Positions 47,240 to 55,068 of a stretch of 64,000 nt of DNA are shown piece after piece. The position numbers and the translations under genes were made by a program. The notes under the pieces were generated by a model. The model ran no database searches. It saw only the letters and a list, made by a program, of their open reading frames with translations, and was not told where the DNA came from. The DNA is taken from contig JBBRPR010000027.1 of assembly GCA_038227875.1 (NCBI GenBank), forward strand, positions 32,001 to 96,000. Reading direction: 5' to 3'. The DNA is from Planctomycetota bacterium (lineage in GTDB: Bacteria; Planctomycetota; SZUA-567; H5-PLA8). How positions within the stretch are numbered: the first letter of the stretch is position 1; every line of letters starts with the position of its first letter.

Positions 47240-49510
47240 GTTCACGGTCGCGGTCAGCTTCGGGACTTCCTTTTCGCCGGGCAGCGCGGCCGCAGGTTCC
47301 GCGGCCGTGCCGGTGGCGTACTTCTTGGTCAGTTCGCGGGCGAGGGTTTCCAACTCTTCCATACCCTTGCCGCCGTCGCCGATGTTGACGCCAGCTTTCT
47401 CCGCCAGCAGCAGCGAGACCAGTTGTCCCATCACTCCCGTCGGCGCAACATCCATGCCGCCGGAATGACCGTTACCGTCGCCGTTCCCGTTCGAACCTCC
47501 GCCGCTGCCGCCGACCATGAAGAGCCGTTCGGGGACCAGCGGTTGAGCGCTCTTGGAGAACTGCTCGCCGACCAGGTTGAGCGCGAACAGCCTCGGGTCG
47601 CCGTAGGCGCGGATCTTCTGGAGGAAGACCGCGGCTTCGGAAAGTCCCGTCTGAGCGATGCGCGCCGCCTCGCCTTTGCCGATCAGTTCCTTGGCGCGGG
47701 ATTCCGCCAGCGCCAGGTTGGTCTTCGACGTGGCTTCGGCTTCGGACAGCAGCACCTTCATCCGTGAATCGCCTTCCGCCAGCAGCACTTTCGTGCGGGC
47801 CTCGCCTTCCGCTCGAGCGATGTCGCGTTTGGCCAGGCGCTGGGCTTCCGCTAACTGCGCGTCGGCCTTATTCCCGGCGATCTCGACACCGATCTTCGTC
47901 TGCGTCAGTTCGGCCTGTTTGTCGGCGGCGGCCTTGGCGTTGTTCAGTTCACGCTGCTTGACCGCGGCCTCTTCCTGCTTGGCGTACGTGGCGATCTGTT
48001 CCTCGGCCAGGCGCCGGACGCGCAACTGGTCAAAGAGCCTTTCGATCGGATCTTCACCCATCGCCTGACCGGCACGCACTTTCGATTCCGGGCGTCCGAT
48101 CAGCACGGCGATGCAGTTGATGTCGTAGAGCATGAAACGCTTGGCCAGTTCTTCGGTCGCGCGCTTCTGGATTTCGTCGCGCTTGGTCAGCAGGTCCAGC
48201 ATGTGCGATCCCTGCGCGATGTCCCGGAAGTAGCTCGACAGAATCGGGTCCAGCGTCTGGTTGATCAACCGCTTCACATCGCCGAAGCGCTGAATCACGC
48301 TCGGCGCCTTTTCGTAGTCGATGTGCAGCACCAGCGAGAGCGGCAGTACGGGTTCATAACCGTCGGCCGTGATCAGGTCGATGCTGTTCAAGTCTTCGTC
48401 GTAATGGTGGGACTCCACTTGTCCCGTGATCCAGCGCAGCACGAAGTTGACCGTCGGGACCAGCTCGATTTTCTGCGCGTAAGGATTGAGCGCGTACTTG
48501 CCCGGAGGCAACGCCCGCTTCCACACGCCTCGCTGGCCCGGCTCGACCTGCTCGCCGTAGCGGAACCCCGCTCCGGTCAGATCCTGTCCGGCCGCGCCGT
48601 GGTAGGAGACCACCACGCCGACGTAGCCGATCGGGACCATCGTCTTGGGATGAATTTCCACGGTCGCGAACCAGCGGTTGATGAAGTACGTGCCGTCTGT
48701 CAGCACCTGCAACTGCTTGCCGCGCCGTCCGTTCATCGCCAGGAACGCTTCGGGGTCCTGGAAGTAATTGTGGTCTTTCTCTCCTTTCTCGTCTTTGACT
48801 TCCGGCGCGATGATGTCGCCGGATTCGATCGAAAAACCGTCGTGAACCGTGACGACGCCGATGGTGTCCGACGGCATCAATTCACCCGTGGCCGGAGCCT
48901 GTGTGGTCTCGCCCTGGATTCCCGAATGTCCGATGACCACGGGAAAGAAGGCGTTGCTCTGCTGCAGTTCTTCCTGCCACGAGAGATAGCGCCGGTCGTC
49001 GGCGTCGCGGATGGGACCGGTGTAGACCCGGTCTTCCGTGATCACCACAAACAACGCCGTGTTGATGGCGTACACGCCTTCGCGCAGAATCGCGCGCTGA
49101 CGTCCGCGCTGTCCGCCACCTCCGAGGAACGAAACCGCGTCCTGGAACGAATTGCAATTCACGCGGTGAGCCAGCGTCTGCGTCGGCGACAAGGGCGAAC
49201 CGTCGCGCGCGTAGACGTAGCCGATCTTGCTTTCGCTGATGACCACCAGCGGTTCGGTGTGCACGCGGTACTGCCAGGGGAACAGCCCCCACTGCAGGCC
49301 GCCGCGCAGGATCTCCGCCTGGAGACCCGCCCGTCCACCGACGGCGATGATCTGGCCGCTCTTCAATGAGCCGTTGCCGGACCACAGCTTTTCGACGATG
49401 CCTACTCTGTTGTGCGGGATGTACCGGATTCCCAGCAGCCACGAGAGAAACATGACGGCGGGAATACTCCCCGCGAGGCATACGGCGATGACGACAAGAA
49501 AGTCGTGCAT
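47237..49510 (-). CDS. SPFH/band-7 flotillin-like protein (long form with duplicated N-terminal beta regions)
   Basis: GGAGGG RBS, N-terminal TM, VGIVEK, GVVVSY, SPFH core (ITADG...IQRFG...YFRDIAQ) and AEA/AEG coiled-coil repeats. Confidence 0.88.
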   Translation of the reverse strand: MHDFLVVIAVCLAGSIPAVMFLSWLLGIRYIPHNRVGIVEKLWSGNGSLKSGQIIAVGGRAGLQAEILRGGLQWGLFPWQYRVHTEPLVVISESKIGYVYARDGSPLSPTQTLAHRVNCNSFQDAVSFLGGGGQRGRQRAILREGVYAINTALFVVITEDRVYTGPIRDADDRRYLSWQEELQQSNAFFPVVIGHSGIQGETTQAPATGELMPSDTIGVVTVHDGFSIESGDIIAPEVKDEKGEKDHNYFQDPEAFLAMNGRRGKQLQVLTDGTYFINRWFATVEIHPKTMVPIGYVGVVVSYHGAAGQDLTGAGFRYGEQVEPGQRGVWKRALPPGKYALNPYAQKIELVPTVNFVLRWITGQVESHHYDEDLNSIDLITADGYEPVLPLSLVLHIDYEKAPSVIQRFGDVKRLINQTLDPILSSYFRDIAQGSHMLDLLTKRDEIQKRATEELAKRFMLYDINCIAVLIGRPESKVRAGQAMGEDPIERLFDQLRVRRLAEEQIATYAKQEEAAVKQRELNNAKAAADKQAELTQTKIGVEIAGNKADAQLAEAQRLAKRDIARAEGEARTKVLLAEGDSRMKVLLSEAEATSKTNLALAESRAKELIGKGEAARIAQTGLSEAAVFLQKIRAYGDPRLFALNLVGEQFSKSAQPLVPERLFMVGGSGGGSNGNGDGNGHSGGMDVAPTGVMGQLVSLLLAEKAGVNIGDGGKGMEELETLARELTKKYATGTAAEPAAALPGEKEVPKLTATVN

Positions 49511-49558
49511 AGAACCCTCCCTTCGAGAAAGTCCGTGCGTTCTTGCGTGACTACGCAG

Positions 49559-49588
49559 TTGGACTATGGCCTGATGGCTACAGTCCAA
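49559..49588. promoter_or_regulatory. Imperfect palindrome upstream of the SPFH gene (candidate operator or leader hairpin)
   Basis: TTGGACTATGGCC-tgat-GGCTACAGTCCAA, 11 of 13 positions symmetric. Confidence 0.45.
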
Positions 49589-49891
49589 GTATATCACGCT
49601 GCGGCGGACTTTGGTTTTTGTGGGTAAAGTTGGACGGGCAGAGATGCCCGGCATGCGGCGAGGAGGAGGAGCCGTATGCCGGACGATCTCTACTCCGCCA
49701 GATTGGCAATACGCGGACGACCTGGGCTGGGAGTCCCGAGTCGGCCAGTGCCGCGCCGCGAGGTGTGTGCCCGCGACGCGGAGTTTGCGCACTGCCACAG
49801 CCGGCTCAGAAGCTTTTGGTGGTTGCAATCCTGAGAATGCCGAAGGCATCTCTTGATTGGGGGCTTGATTTGAACAGGATGGAGCCCACAT

Positions 49892-49915
49892 CACAGGCGG
49901 AGCGCCTGTGCCACA
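49892..49915 (-). repeat. REP-like palindrome copy
   Basis: Reverse strand reads TGTGGCACAGGCGCTCCGCCTGTG. Confidence 0.6.
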
Positions 49916-49931
49916 GAAGCCTCTGAGGATT

Positions 49932-49963
49932 AAAAGTGGGCGCGAACGTTTGTTGCGACGCCC
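49932..49963 (-). terminator. Candidate riboswitch expression-platform terminator
   Basis: GGGCG...CGCCC hairpin followed by ACTTTT immediately 3' of the aptamer. Confidence 0.55.
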
Positions 49964-49965
49964 TG

Positions 49966-50092
49966 AACAAGCCTACGAGGTTAGCTGACGGGTTAGGGAC
50001 TTCAGGTACCCTTCCTGCTTAAAACCGCAGGATACACCCCAACTGATTGGTTCCCCCGTTTCAGCCCTACGAGGACTGAACTCGGCGCTGTT
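49966..50092 (-). ncRNA. c-di-AMP riboswitch (ydaO/yuaA class)
   Basis: Reverse strand has GCCGAG, a P2 hairpin, ACGGGGGAACCA, TGGGGTGTATC, a further hairpin, AGGG...CCC and the hallmark AACCCGTCAGCTAACCTCGTAGGC; P1 is AACAGC/GCTTGTT. Confidence 0.92.
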
Positions 50093-50105
50093 GTGTTACG
50101 TCCGT

Positions 50106-50134
50106 AAGAAACCACGATTCCGATCTAATGTCAA
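50106..50134 (-). promoter_or_regulatory. Candidate sigma70 promoter for the riboswitch leader
   Basis: TTGACA (50134-50129), 17-nt spacer ending in TGG, weak -10 TTTCTT; places the start site just 5' of the aptamer. Confidence 0.5.
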
Positions 50135-50240
50135 TATAATAGTAGGGGCTTGTTTGTAATCGCTGTGCACGTGTGGTGTAGCGCGACGGGACTTCGGATA
50201 ATCCTTGCTGATTGTCACACAGGAATTATCGTCGACATCC

Positions 50241-50933
50241 ATGCAAAAACTCACCGCGGCGGTCTTAACCATGGTCTTGTTCCTCGCTCCGAATCTCCGT
50301 GCCGAATCCGCTCCAACACCGCCGGCGCTCACGCTGCACACCCTCGACAATCTGAAAGCCGGCAAGCCTCAAGTCATCGTGACCTACGGCACCAGCCTCA
50401 CGGCCGGCGGCGCGTGGGTCGCGGGTTTGGATGCGGCGTTGACCCAGCGCTTCGGCAAAGCTTCGAAGGTCGTCAACTGCGGCATGTCCGGCAAAAATTC
50501 CGACGATGGCGTCAAGCAGATCCAGACCGTGCTGCAGGCCAACCCCAATCTCGTCTTCGTGGAATTCGGAATGAATGACGCGGTGCTGCGCTTCAACATC
50601 TCTGTCGAAGACGCGCGCGCCAATCTGGAAAAGATCATCGAGAAACTACGCGCGCAGAATCCCGCCGTGGAAATCATCTTGATGACGATGAACCCGCCCA
50701 TCGGCAAGGAACGCGACGGCAAGCGGCCCGAGATCGAAAAGTATTATCAGATGTACCGCGACACCGCGCAGAAACTGAAACTGCCGCTGATCGATCACTA
50801 CGCGGCCTGGCAGAAGCTCCTGACCGATGACCCGAAGAAATTCAACGCGCTGGTTCCCGACGGCCTGCATCCCAATGCCGAAGGCAGCACGACGATCACA
50901 CTGCCGGCGGTGAAACACGCGCTGGGATTGTAG
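50241..50933 (+). CDS. Secreted SGNH/GDSL hydrolase
   Basis: Signal peptide; blocks YGTSLT, GMSG, EFGMND and DGLHP. Confidence 0.92.
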   Translation: MQKLTAAVLTMVLFLAPNLRAESAPTPPALTLHTLDNLKAGKPQVIVTYGTSLTAGGAWVAGLDAALTQRFGKASKVVNCGMSGKNSDDGVKQIQTVLQANPNLVFVEFGMNDAVLRFNISVEDARANLEKIIEKLRAQNPAVEIILMTMNPPIGKERDGKRPEIEKYYQMYRDTAQKLKLPLIDHYAAWQKLLTDDPKKFNALVPDGLHPNAEGSTTITLPAVKHALGL

Positions 50934-50938
50934 ATGCT

Positions 50939-51238
50939 TCAGCTGCGGCGAATGTAGATCCACCACGTCTCGTCGTCAGGTACGTCGCTCTCGATAATCC
51001 GCACGACTTCCAATCCCGGCCGGTCCGCGACGGCGTACGGCACTTCGAATTTGCTCCCCGGCCAGTCGCCGACCACTTCCAGAATCTCGCCGGCCGTCAT
51101 CGCCTTGCTCCGCTCCAGACTTTTCAGCGCCGGCATCGGGCAGGTCATGCCGCGGCAGTCCAGGTGTTGCGTGATCGTAAAGAGTTTACCCTCGTCGTCG
51201 GTCTGTTCGCCGTGGAAGGGCAGAGCGGGGGAGTCCAT
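50939..51238 (-). CDS. TusA/SirA family sulfur carrier protein
   Basis: LDCRGMTCPMP (CPxP motif), GEILEVV and C-terminal IYIRR. Confidence 0.88.
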   Translation of the reverse strand: MDSPALPFHGEQTDDEGKLFTITQHLDCRGMTCPMPALKSLERSKAMTAGEILEVVGDWPGSKFEVPYAVADRPGLEVVRIIESDVPDDETWWIYIRRS

Positions 51239-51240
51239 GC

Positions 51241-52572
51241 TCACTTTCCTTCCGCCGACGGTGTGGAGGGCGGCGGCGGCGCTTTGGGCTTGGGTTTGAA
51301 AAGATTGGAGATCACGTTCTTCCCCGTGATGCACGCCACGCCGATCGACGCCGGTTCTTCCACGGGTTTGGGTGGCGGAGGCTGGGGGACTGTCGGCGCC
51401 GAAGTCGAAGCCGCTCGTTCCAACTGCTGCTTCGCCAGCTGCACGAGATAGCCCTTGCCGGAATCGGCGAAGCCGGTCATCGCGTTGATCTTTCCCGGCT
51501 CGTGGATCAGGCCATGCAGATTCACTTTCGCCGGCGCCCACGGAATTTCCTGATCGAGCAAGCCTTCGACTGAAGTGGTGATCGCATCCGCGAGCTTCGC
51601 CGACTCCGCCACTTCCGCGGGCGTGAGGTCCGGCTCCAGGCAGTACGTCTCGCCATTGAACGCCGGATCGAGCTGCGCGAGGTCCACGTGCGCGACCGCC
51701 GGAATGCCGTAGTGCTCCGCCGCCACCGACGCGCAACGCAACCCGCAGCCGTTCACCGCGACGCTCGGAAACTGCTCGAGCATGTCGACGTCTTCCTGTA
51801 CACCCGCCGCCAGCGCCGAAATACACAGCACCTGCGAGCGCCCAAGAAAGCGATCTTCGACCACCGTGTACGCCGCGCGCTGCGTAATCCGCCCGCCCGT
51901 GCGCTTGATCCCCTGGCACGGAATCACCGTGACCGATTTCACCCGATGCTTGCCCGTCGCAGTCTGCTCACCAGCCGGTCCGCTCTGGCACACGCCGGTT
52001 GTGGCGGCGGCTTCGGCGATGGCCGCGTCTTGTTGAGCTCCCCCCTTCGCGCTGTTTTGCAACGACGCATCGCTACTCAAAAACGCAACTGGCCGATGCG
52101 GACACCCTGCCCCCGCATCCGGCGGAGGTTCGGAGAGATCGTCGACGGGCACGAAGCTCGCCTCAACGCCCGCGTCATGCAGCGCCTGCAGCACGCGGTC
52201 GGCGGTGAAATCTGAGAGCCGCTTGCCAGTCTCTTCGAGTTCCTTGCGCGTCTTGCCCGGGCCGAGCTTCTTCTCTTTCATGACCTGATTGACTTCGACT
52301 TTCGCGACCGGCTCAACGCCAAACTGTCTGAAGATATGCGCCGCGCAGCGCAGCGCGCAGCCGTCGATGGCGATCACCGGATGGTTCTGAATCAAGTCGC
52401 GCTCGTGTGGATCGCCCGCCAGCAGCGCCGGCAGCGAGAGCAGTTCCACTTCATCCGGGCACTGCGCCTGAATCAAATACGACGCGCGCCGCGTGACATT
52501 GGCCACGATCTTGCCCACACCCATGCAGGGGGCGAGGACGGTCTTTTGTTTGGGGGGCGCGCTGTTATCCAT
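51241..52572 (-). CDS. Protein with two tandem DGC (putative zinc-binding) domains
   Basis: PCMG...IAIDGCALRCA and PCQG...LCISAL...VAVNGCGLRCA. Confidence 0.8.
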   Translation of the reverse strand: MDNSAPPKQKTVLAPCMGVGKIVANVTRRASYLIQAQCPDEVELLSLPALLAGDPHERDLIQNHPVIAIDGCALRCAAHIFRQFGVEPVAKVEVNQVMKEKKLGPGKTRKELEETGKRLSDFTADRVLQALHDAGVEASFVPVDDLSEPPPDAGAGCPHRPVAFLSSDASLQNSAKGGAQQDAAIAEAAATTGVCQSGPAGEQTATGKHRVKSVTVIPCQGIKRTGGRITQRAAYTVVEDRFLGRSQVLCISALAAGVQEDVDMLEQFPSVAVNGCGLRCASVAAEHYGIPAVAHVDLAQLDPAFNGETYCLEPDLTPAEVAESAKLADAITTSVEGLLDQEIPWAPAKVNLHGLIHEPGKINAMTGFADSGKGYLVQLAKQQLERAASTSAPTVPQPPPPKPVEEPASIGVACITGKNVISNLFKPKPKAPPPPSTPSAEGK

Positions 52573-52600
52573 GCGATGGCGCCTTTGCAAGAAACGGGAA

Positions 52601-52746
52601 GATTGCGGATTGCGGATTGCGGATTGCGGATTGGACGGCAAAGCTCGCATTGAGAACCATACACAGTGCTCCGAAATTTCTTGCACGCTCTTCTGTCTTG
52701 AAGCTACCGCATTCTAATCCGCAATCCGCAATCCGAAATCCGCAAT
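52601..52746. repeat. Inverted pair of 7-nt tandem arrays (GATTGCG x4 ... AATCCGC x4)
   Basis: Arrays at 52601-52633 and 52716-52746. Confidence 0.9.
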
Positions 52747-52752
52747 AAAAAA

Positions 52753-53205
52753 TCACGCCTGGCCCTTCAACATCTTCACCGTCTCTTCCCAGCCGCTCGC
52801 AAGGAACGCGACGTAGGCAGCCGCGTCCAACGGCCGGTCCGGCTTGCCTTCGAATTCCAGCAGCCAGTGTTCGTAAGGATCGACGGTGAGCAGCGACGGG
52901 TCGTTCACGGCGGCCTGATTGATGTCCGCGAGCTTCCCCGTCAGCGGCGCGTAAAATTCCGATGACGCCTTGGTGCTTTCGACTTCCCCCAGCACCTGCT
53001 CGTACTGAATCGCTTCGCCGACGTAGACCTTCCAGTCGATGCGGAACAGATCGGAGAGCAGCCGCGCCGCGTATGCCGAAATGCCGCTGCGCGTATTACC
53101 GTTGGGCAGCGTCTGAAACCAGAAATGGGACTCGCAATACTGCAAGTCGACCGGAAACGTCGCCTTGTACAACCCCATTTCAAACGTCAGCCGTTCCGCC
53201 GCCAT
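52753..53205 (-). CDS. Glycine cleavage H-like lipoyl carrier protein
   Basis: Y..SHFW, GISAYA, GEVESTKASSEFYAP (lipoyl Lys retained) and DPY..WL. Confidence 0.88.
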   Translation of the reverse strand: MAAERLTFEMGLYKATFPVDLQYCESHFWFQTLPNGNTRSGISAYAARLLSDLFRIDWKVYVGEAIQYEQVLGEVESTKASSEFYAPLTGKLADINQAAVNDPSLLTVDPYEHWLLEFEGKPDRPLDAAAYVAFLASGWEETVKMLKGQA

Positions 53206-53225
53206 CGCTGCATCCCGAACCGGGT

Positions 53226-54950
53226 CTACATTTTTACGTCGAACCGTTTCACGGACATCGGCGCCAGCTCAATCTCGATCTTCCCGCCCTTGACCGCAAG
53301 GTCCGGATCGACCTGGATCGACTTGGGCGCCGTGTCGTTATATTCATACACCGGAACGCTCTGTTCGGGCAGCGCGTTCTTGAGATTCAGCACCACTTTG
53401 GCGGGCTTCGTCCCGCGCTTGTTGATGAGGATCAGCGTCAGCATCCCCGTCTTCGAATCCTTCGCCGCATGCACGGAGACATCCTCCGGCGCGCTGACCG
53501 TCGCGTTCAGGTACGTATCGCCGAAAGCTGTGTGCCGGCCGTCGGGGTTGCGGAACATGCGGAAGCCGAAGTAAATCGGCGTGCCCTTGTTTGGCGCGAA
53601 CCAGTAGAAGCCAAAGTCGAGCTTCTCGCGCGCGAAGACGCCCAGCAGTTCGGCCTGCGTCACGCCGCCCGACGCATCGTCCTGTCCTTTGAAATCGTAC
53701 TCGCCGATCGCCAGCTTCATTCCCGGATTGGCCTCGGCGATCCAATCGCGCATTAGCGGAATCACGCGCAAGACCTTGCCGGTCTCCGAACCCATCCAGC
53801 TCGAATCCTTGAACGTCGGATCCCACATCACGCGCGTCTCCTGGACGCGCTTTTCCATCACCGCCGGATCGTGCGGTTTGCCGTCGACGTTGGCCTGCGG
53901 ATAAAAATGGAAATCGAGAATGTCGACCAGTCGCACGCCATTCTTTTTCTCATACTCGTTCAATTGCTGGAGGTACCACTTCGTCAGCGGCACTTTTCCA
54001 TGAGCCGTGAAATCCGGCGGCTCGTTCCACGTTCCCTTGCCCTGTCCAATCAGCTGCGCGTCGAGCCCGGAGTAAAAATACTCCGTCCAGCCCCAGGAGG
54101 TCGGTCCGGCGAGCTTCACATTCGGATCGATCTTCTTCAGCGCAATCGCGTAATCGCGGGTGCGCTGCCAGAGTTCATCGTAGCCGCACGCTTTGGGGTG
54201 CATGCCGAAATGCGACGTGTGCCAGAGTCCCGGCTCGTTATCCAGCGCGATGTAGTTCACGCCACCGGCACCGGCCTTGCCGAATTTCATCTCGTTGATC
54301 GTGAAGTCGAGCAGCTTCACCTGCTCCTCGAGCGGCATCTCGACGGACGTGTCGTCGGGATTCGGCTCCAGCGCCTTGATGATCGGCTTGCCCTTGTCGT
54401 CGAGCTTCGGCGTGCCGTCCTCGCCGACTTCAAACTGCTTACCGTTGCCCGCGTAGGCGTAATCCCAATCTGCATGTTCCTGCCCGATCCACTTTTCCTG
54501 ATGGGGATATTTCTTGATATCGAACGCGACCGACGTCCCATCCTTCGCCACGCGCCCCATCATCGGAATCGTGAGGTAACCTTCCAGCCCCGCCTCCTTG
54601 TTGCCCTGATGAAACGCGACCCACCAATTCTTCTCCGGCCCAACCGGCTTGCCCGTGTTGACGTACCACCAGTCCGCGCCGCTCGAGGTAAAGCCCGCTT
54701 TCCAGTTGTACGGCGTACACGGATTGCCGCCGAGCCGCCGCACCGACACGCCCATCTCCAGCGCCAGCTTCGGATCCGCCTGGGCGATGCCGTAAATGTA
54801 CGGACTGATCGGCGTGCCGGCCGCGTCCGTATCGAGCTCCACGGTCACAACTTCAACCGCGGGCGGCGGCGCTTTCGGTTCTTCCGCTGAGAGTATGGAG
54901 CCGAGGGAGCAGGCAACGAGCACGGCGGCGAGCGCGAACGCATGACGCAT
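53226..54950 (-). CDS. Secreted glycoside hydrolase family 44 (endoglucanase/xyloglucanase)
   Basis: ISPYIYG, RLGGN..T.YNW, LDNEPGLW..SH, DFHFYP, TR.MWDPT and IGEYDF motifs. Confidence 0.9.
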   Translation of the reverse strand: MRHAFALAAVLVACSLGSILSAEEPKAPPPAVEVVTVELDTDAAGTPISPYIYGIAQADPKLALEMGVSVRRLGGNPCTPYNWKAGFTSSGADWWYVNTGKPVGPEKNWWVAFHQGNKEAGLEGYLTIPMMGRVAKDGTSVAFDIKKYPHQEKWIGQEHADWDYAYAGNGKQFEVGEDGTPKLDDKGKPIIKALEPNPDDTSVEMPLEEQVKLLDFTINEMKFGKAGAGGVNYIALDNEPGLWHTSHFGMHPKACGYDELWQRTRDYAIALKKIDPNVKLAGPTSWGWTEYFYSGLDAQLIGQGKGTWNEPPDFTAHGKVPLTKWYLQQLNEYEKKNGVRLVDILDFHFYPQANVDGKPHDPAVMEKRVQETRVMWDPTFKDSSWMGSETGKVLRVIPLMRDWIAEANPGMKLAIGEYDFKGQDDASGGVTQAELLGVFAREKLDFGFYWFAPNKGTPIYFGFRMFRNPDGRHTAFGDTYLNATVSAPEDVSVHAAKDSKTGMLTLILINKRGTKPAKVVLNLKNALPEQSVPVYEYNDTAPKSIQVDPDLAVKGGKIEIELAPMSVKRFDVKM

Positions 54951-55068
54951 TCAGGAGTTCTCCGGAGAAGGATGCTGAAATTGTGAACACCGATTCTTCA
55001 GAGATGTTGAGGCAATTCCACCGGAGAACGCAACGGTTTCACCGGCGGAACAAAGTGGAGCGCTGTAC

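Noticed and set aside
49676..49834. 52-aa plus-strand ORF with a strong GAGGAGGAG RBS
   Set aside because: No recognisable motif, atypical codons and antisense to the riboswitch leader; unsupported without expression data.
49511..49894. 128-aa N-terminal extension of the SPFH ORF
   Set aside because: Non-protein-like sequence overlapping a REP; a strong RBS precedes ATG 49510.
52573..52756. ORFs reading IRNPQSAIRNPQS or CGLRIADCGL
   Set aside because: These are translations of the heptamer arrays, not genes.
52753..53205. GcvH-L/SirTM/macrodomain system
   Set aside because: No sirtuin or lipoate ligase nearby, and the only macrodomain is about 48 kb away and of a different class.
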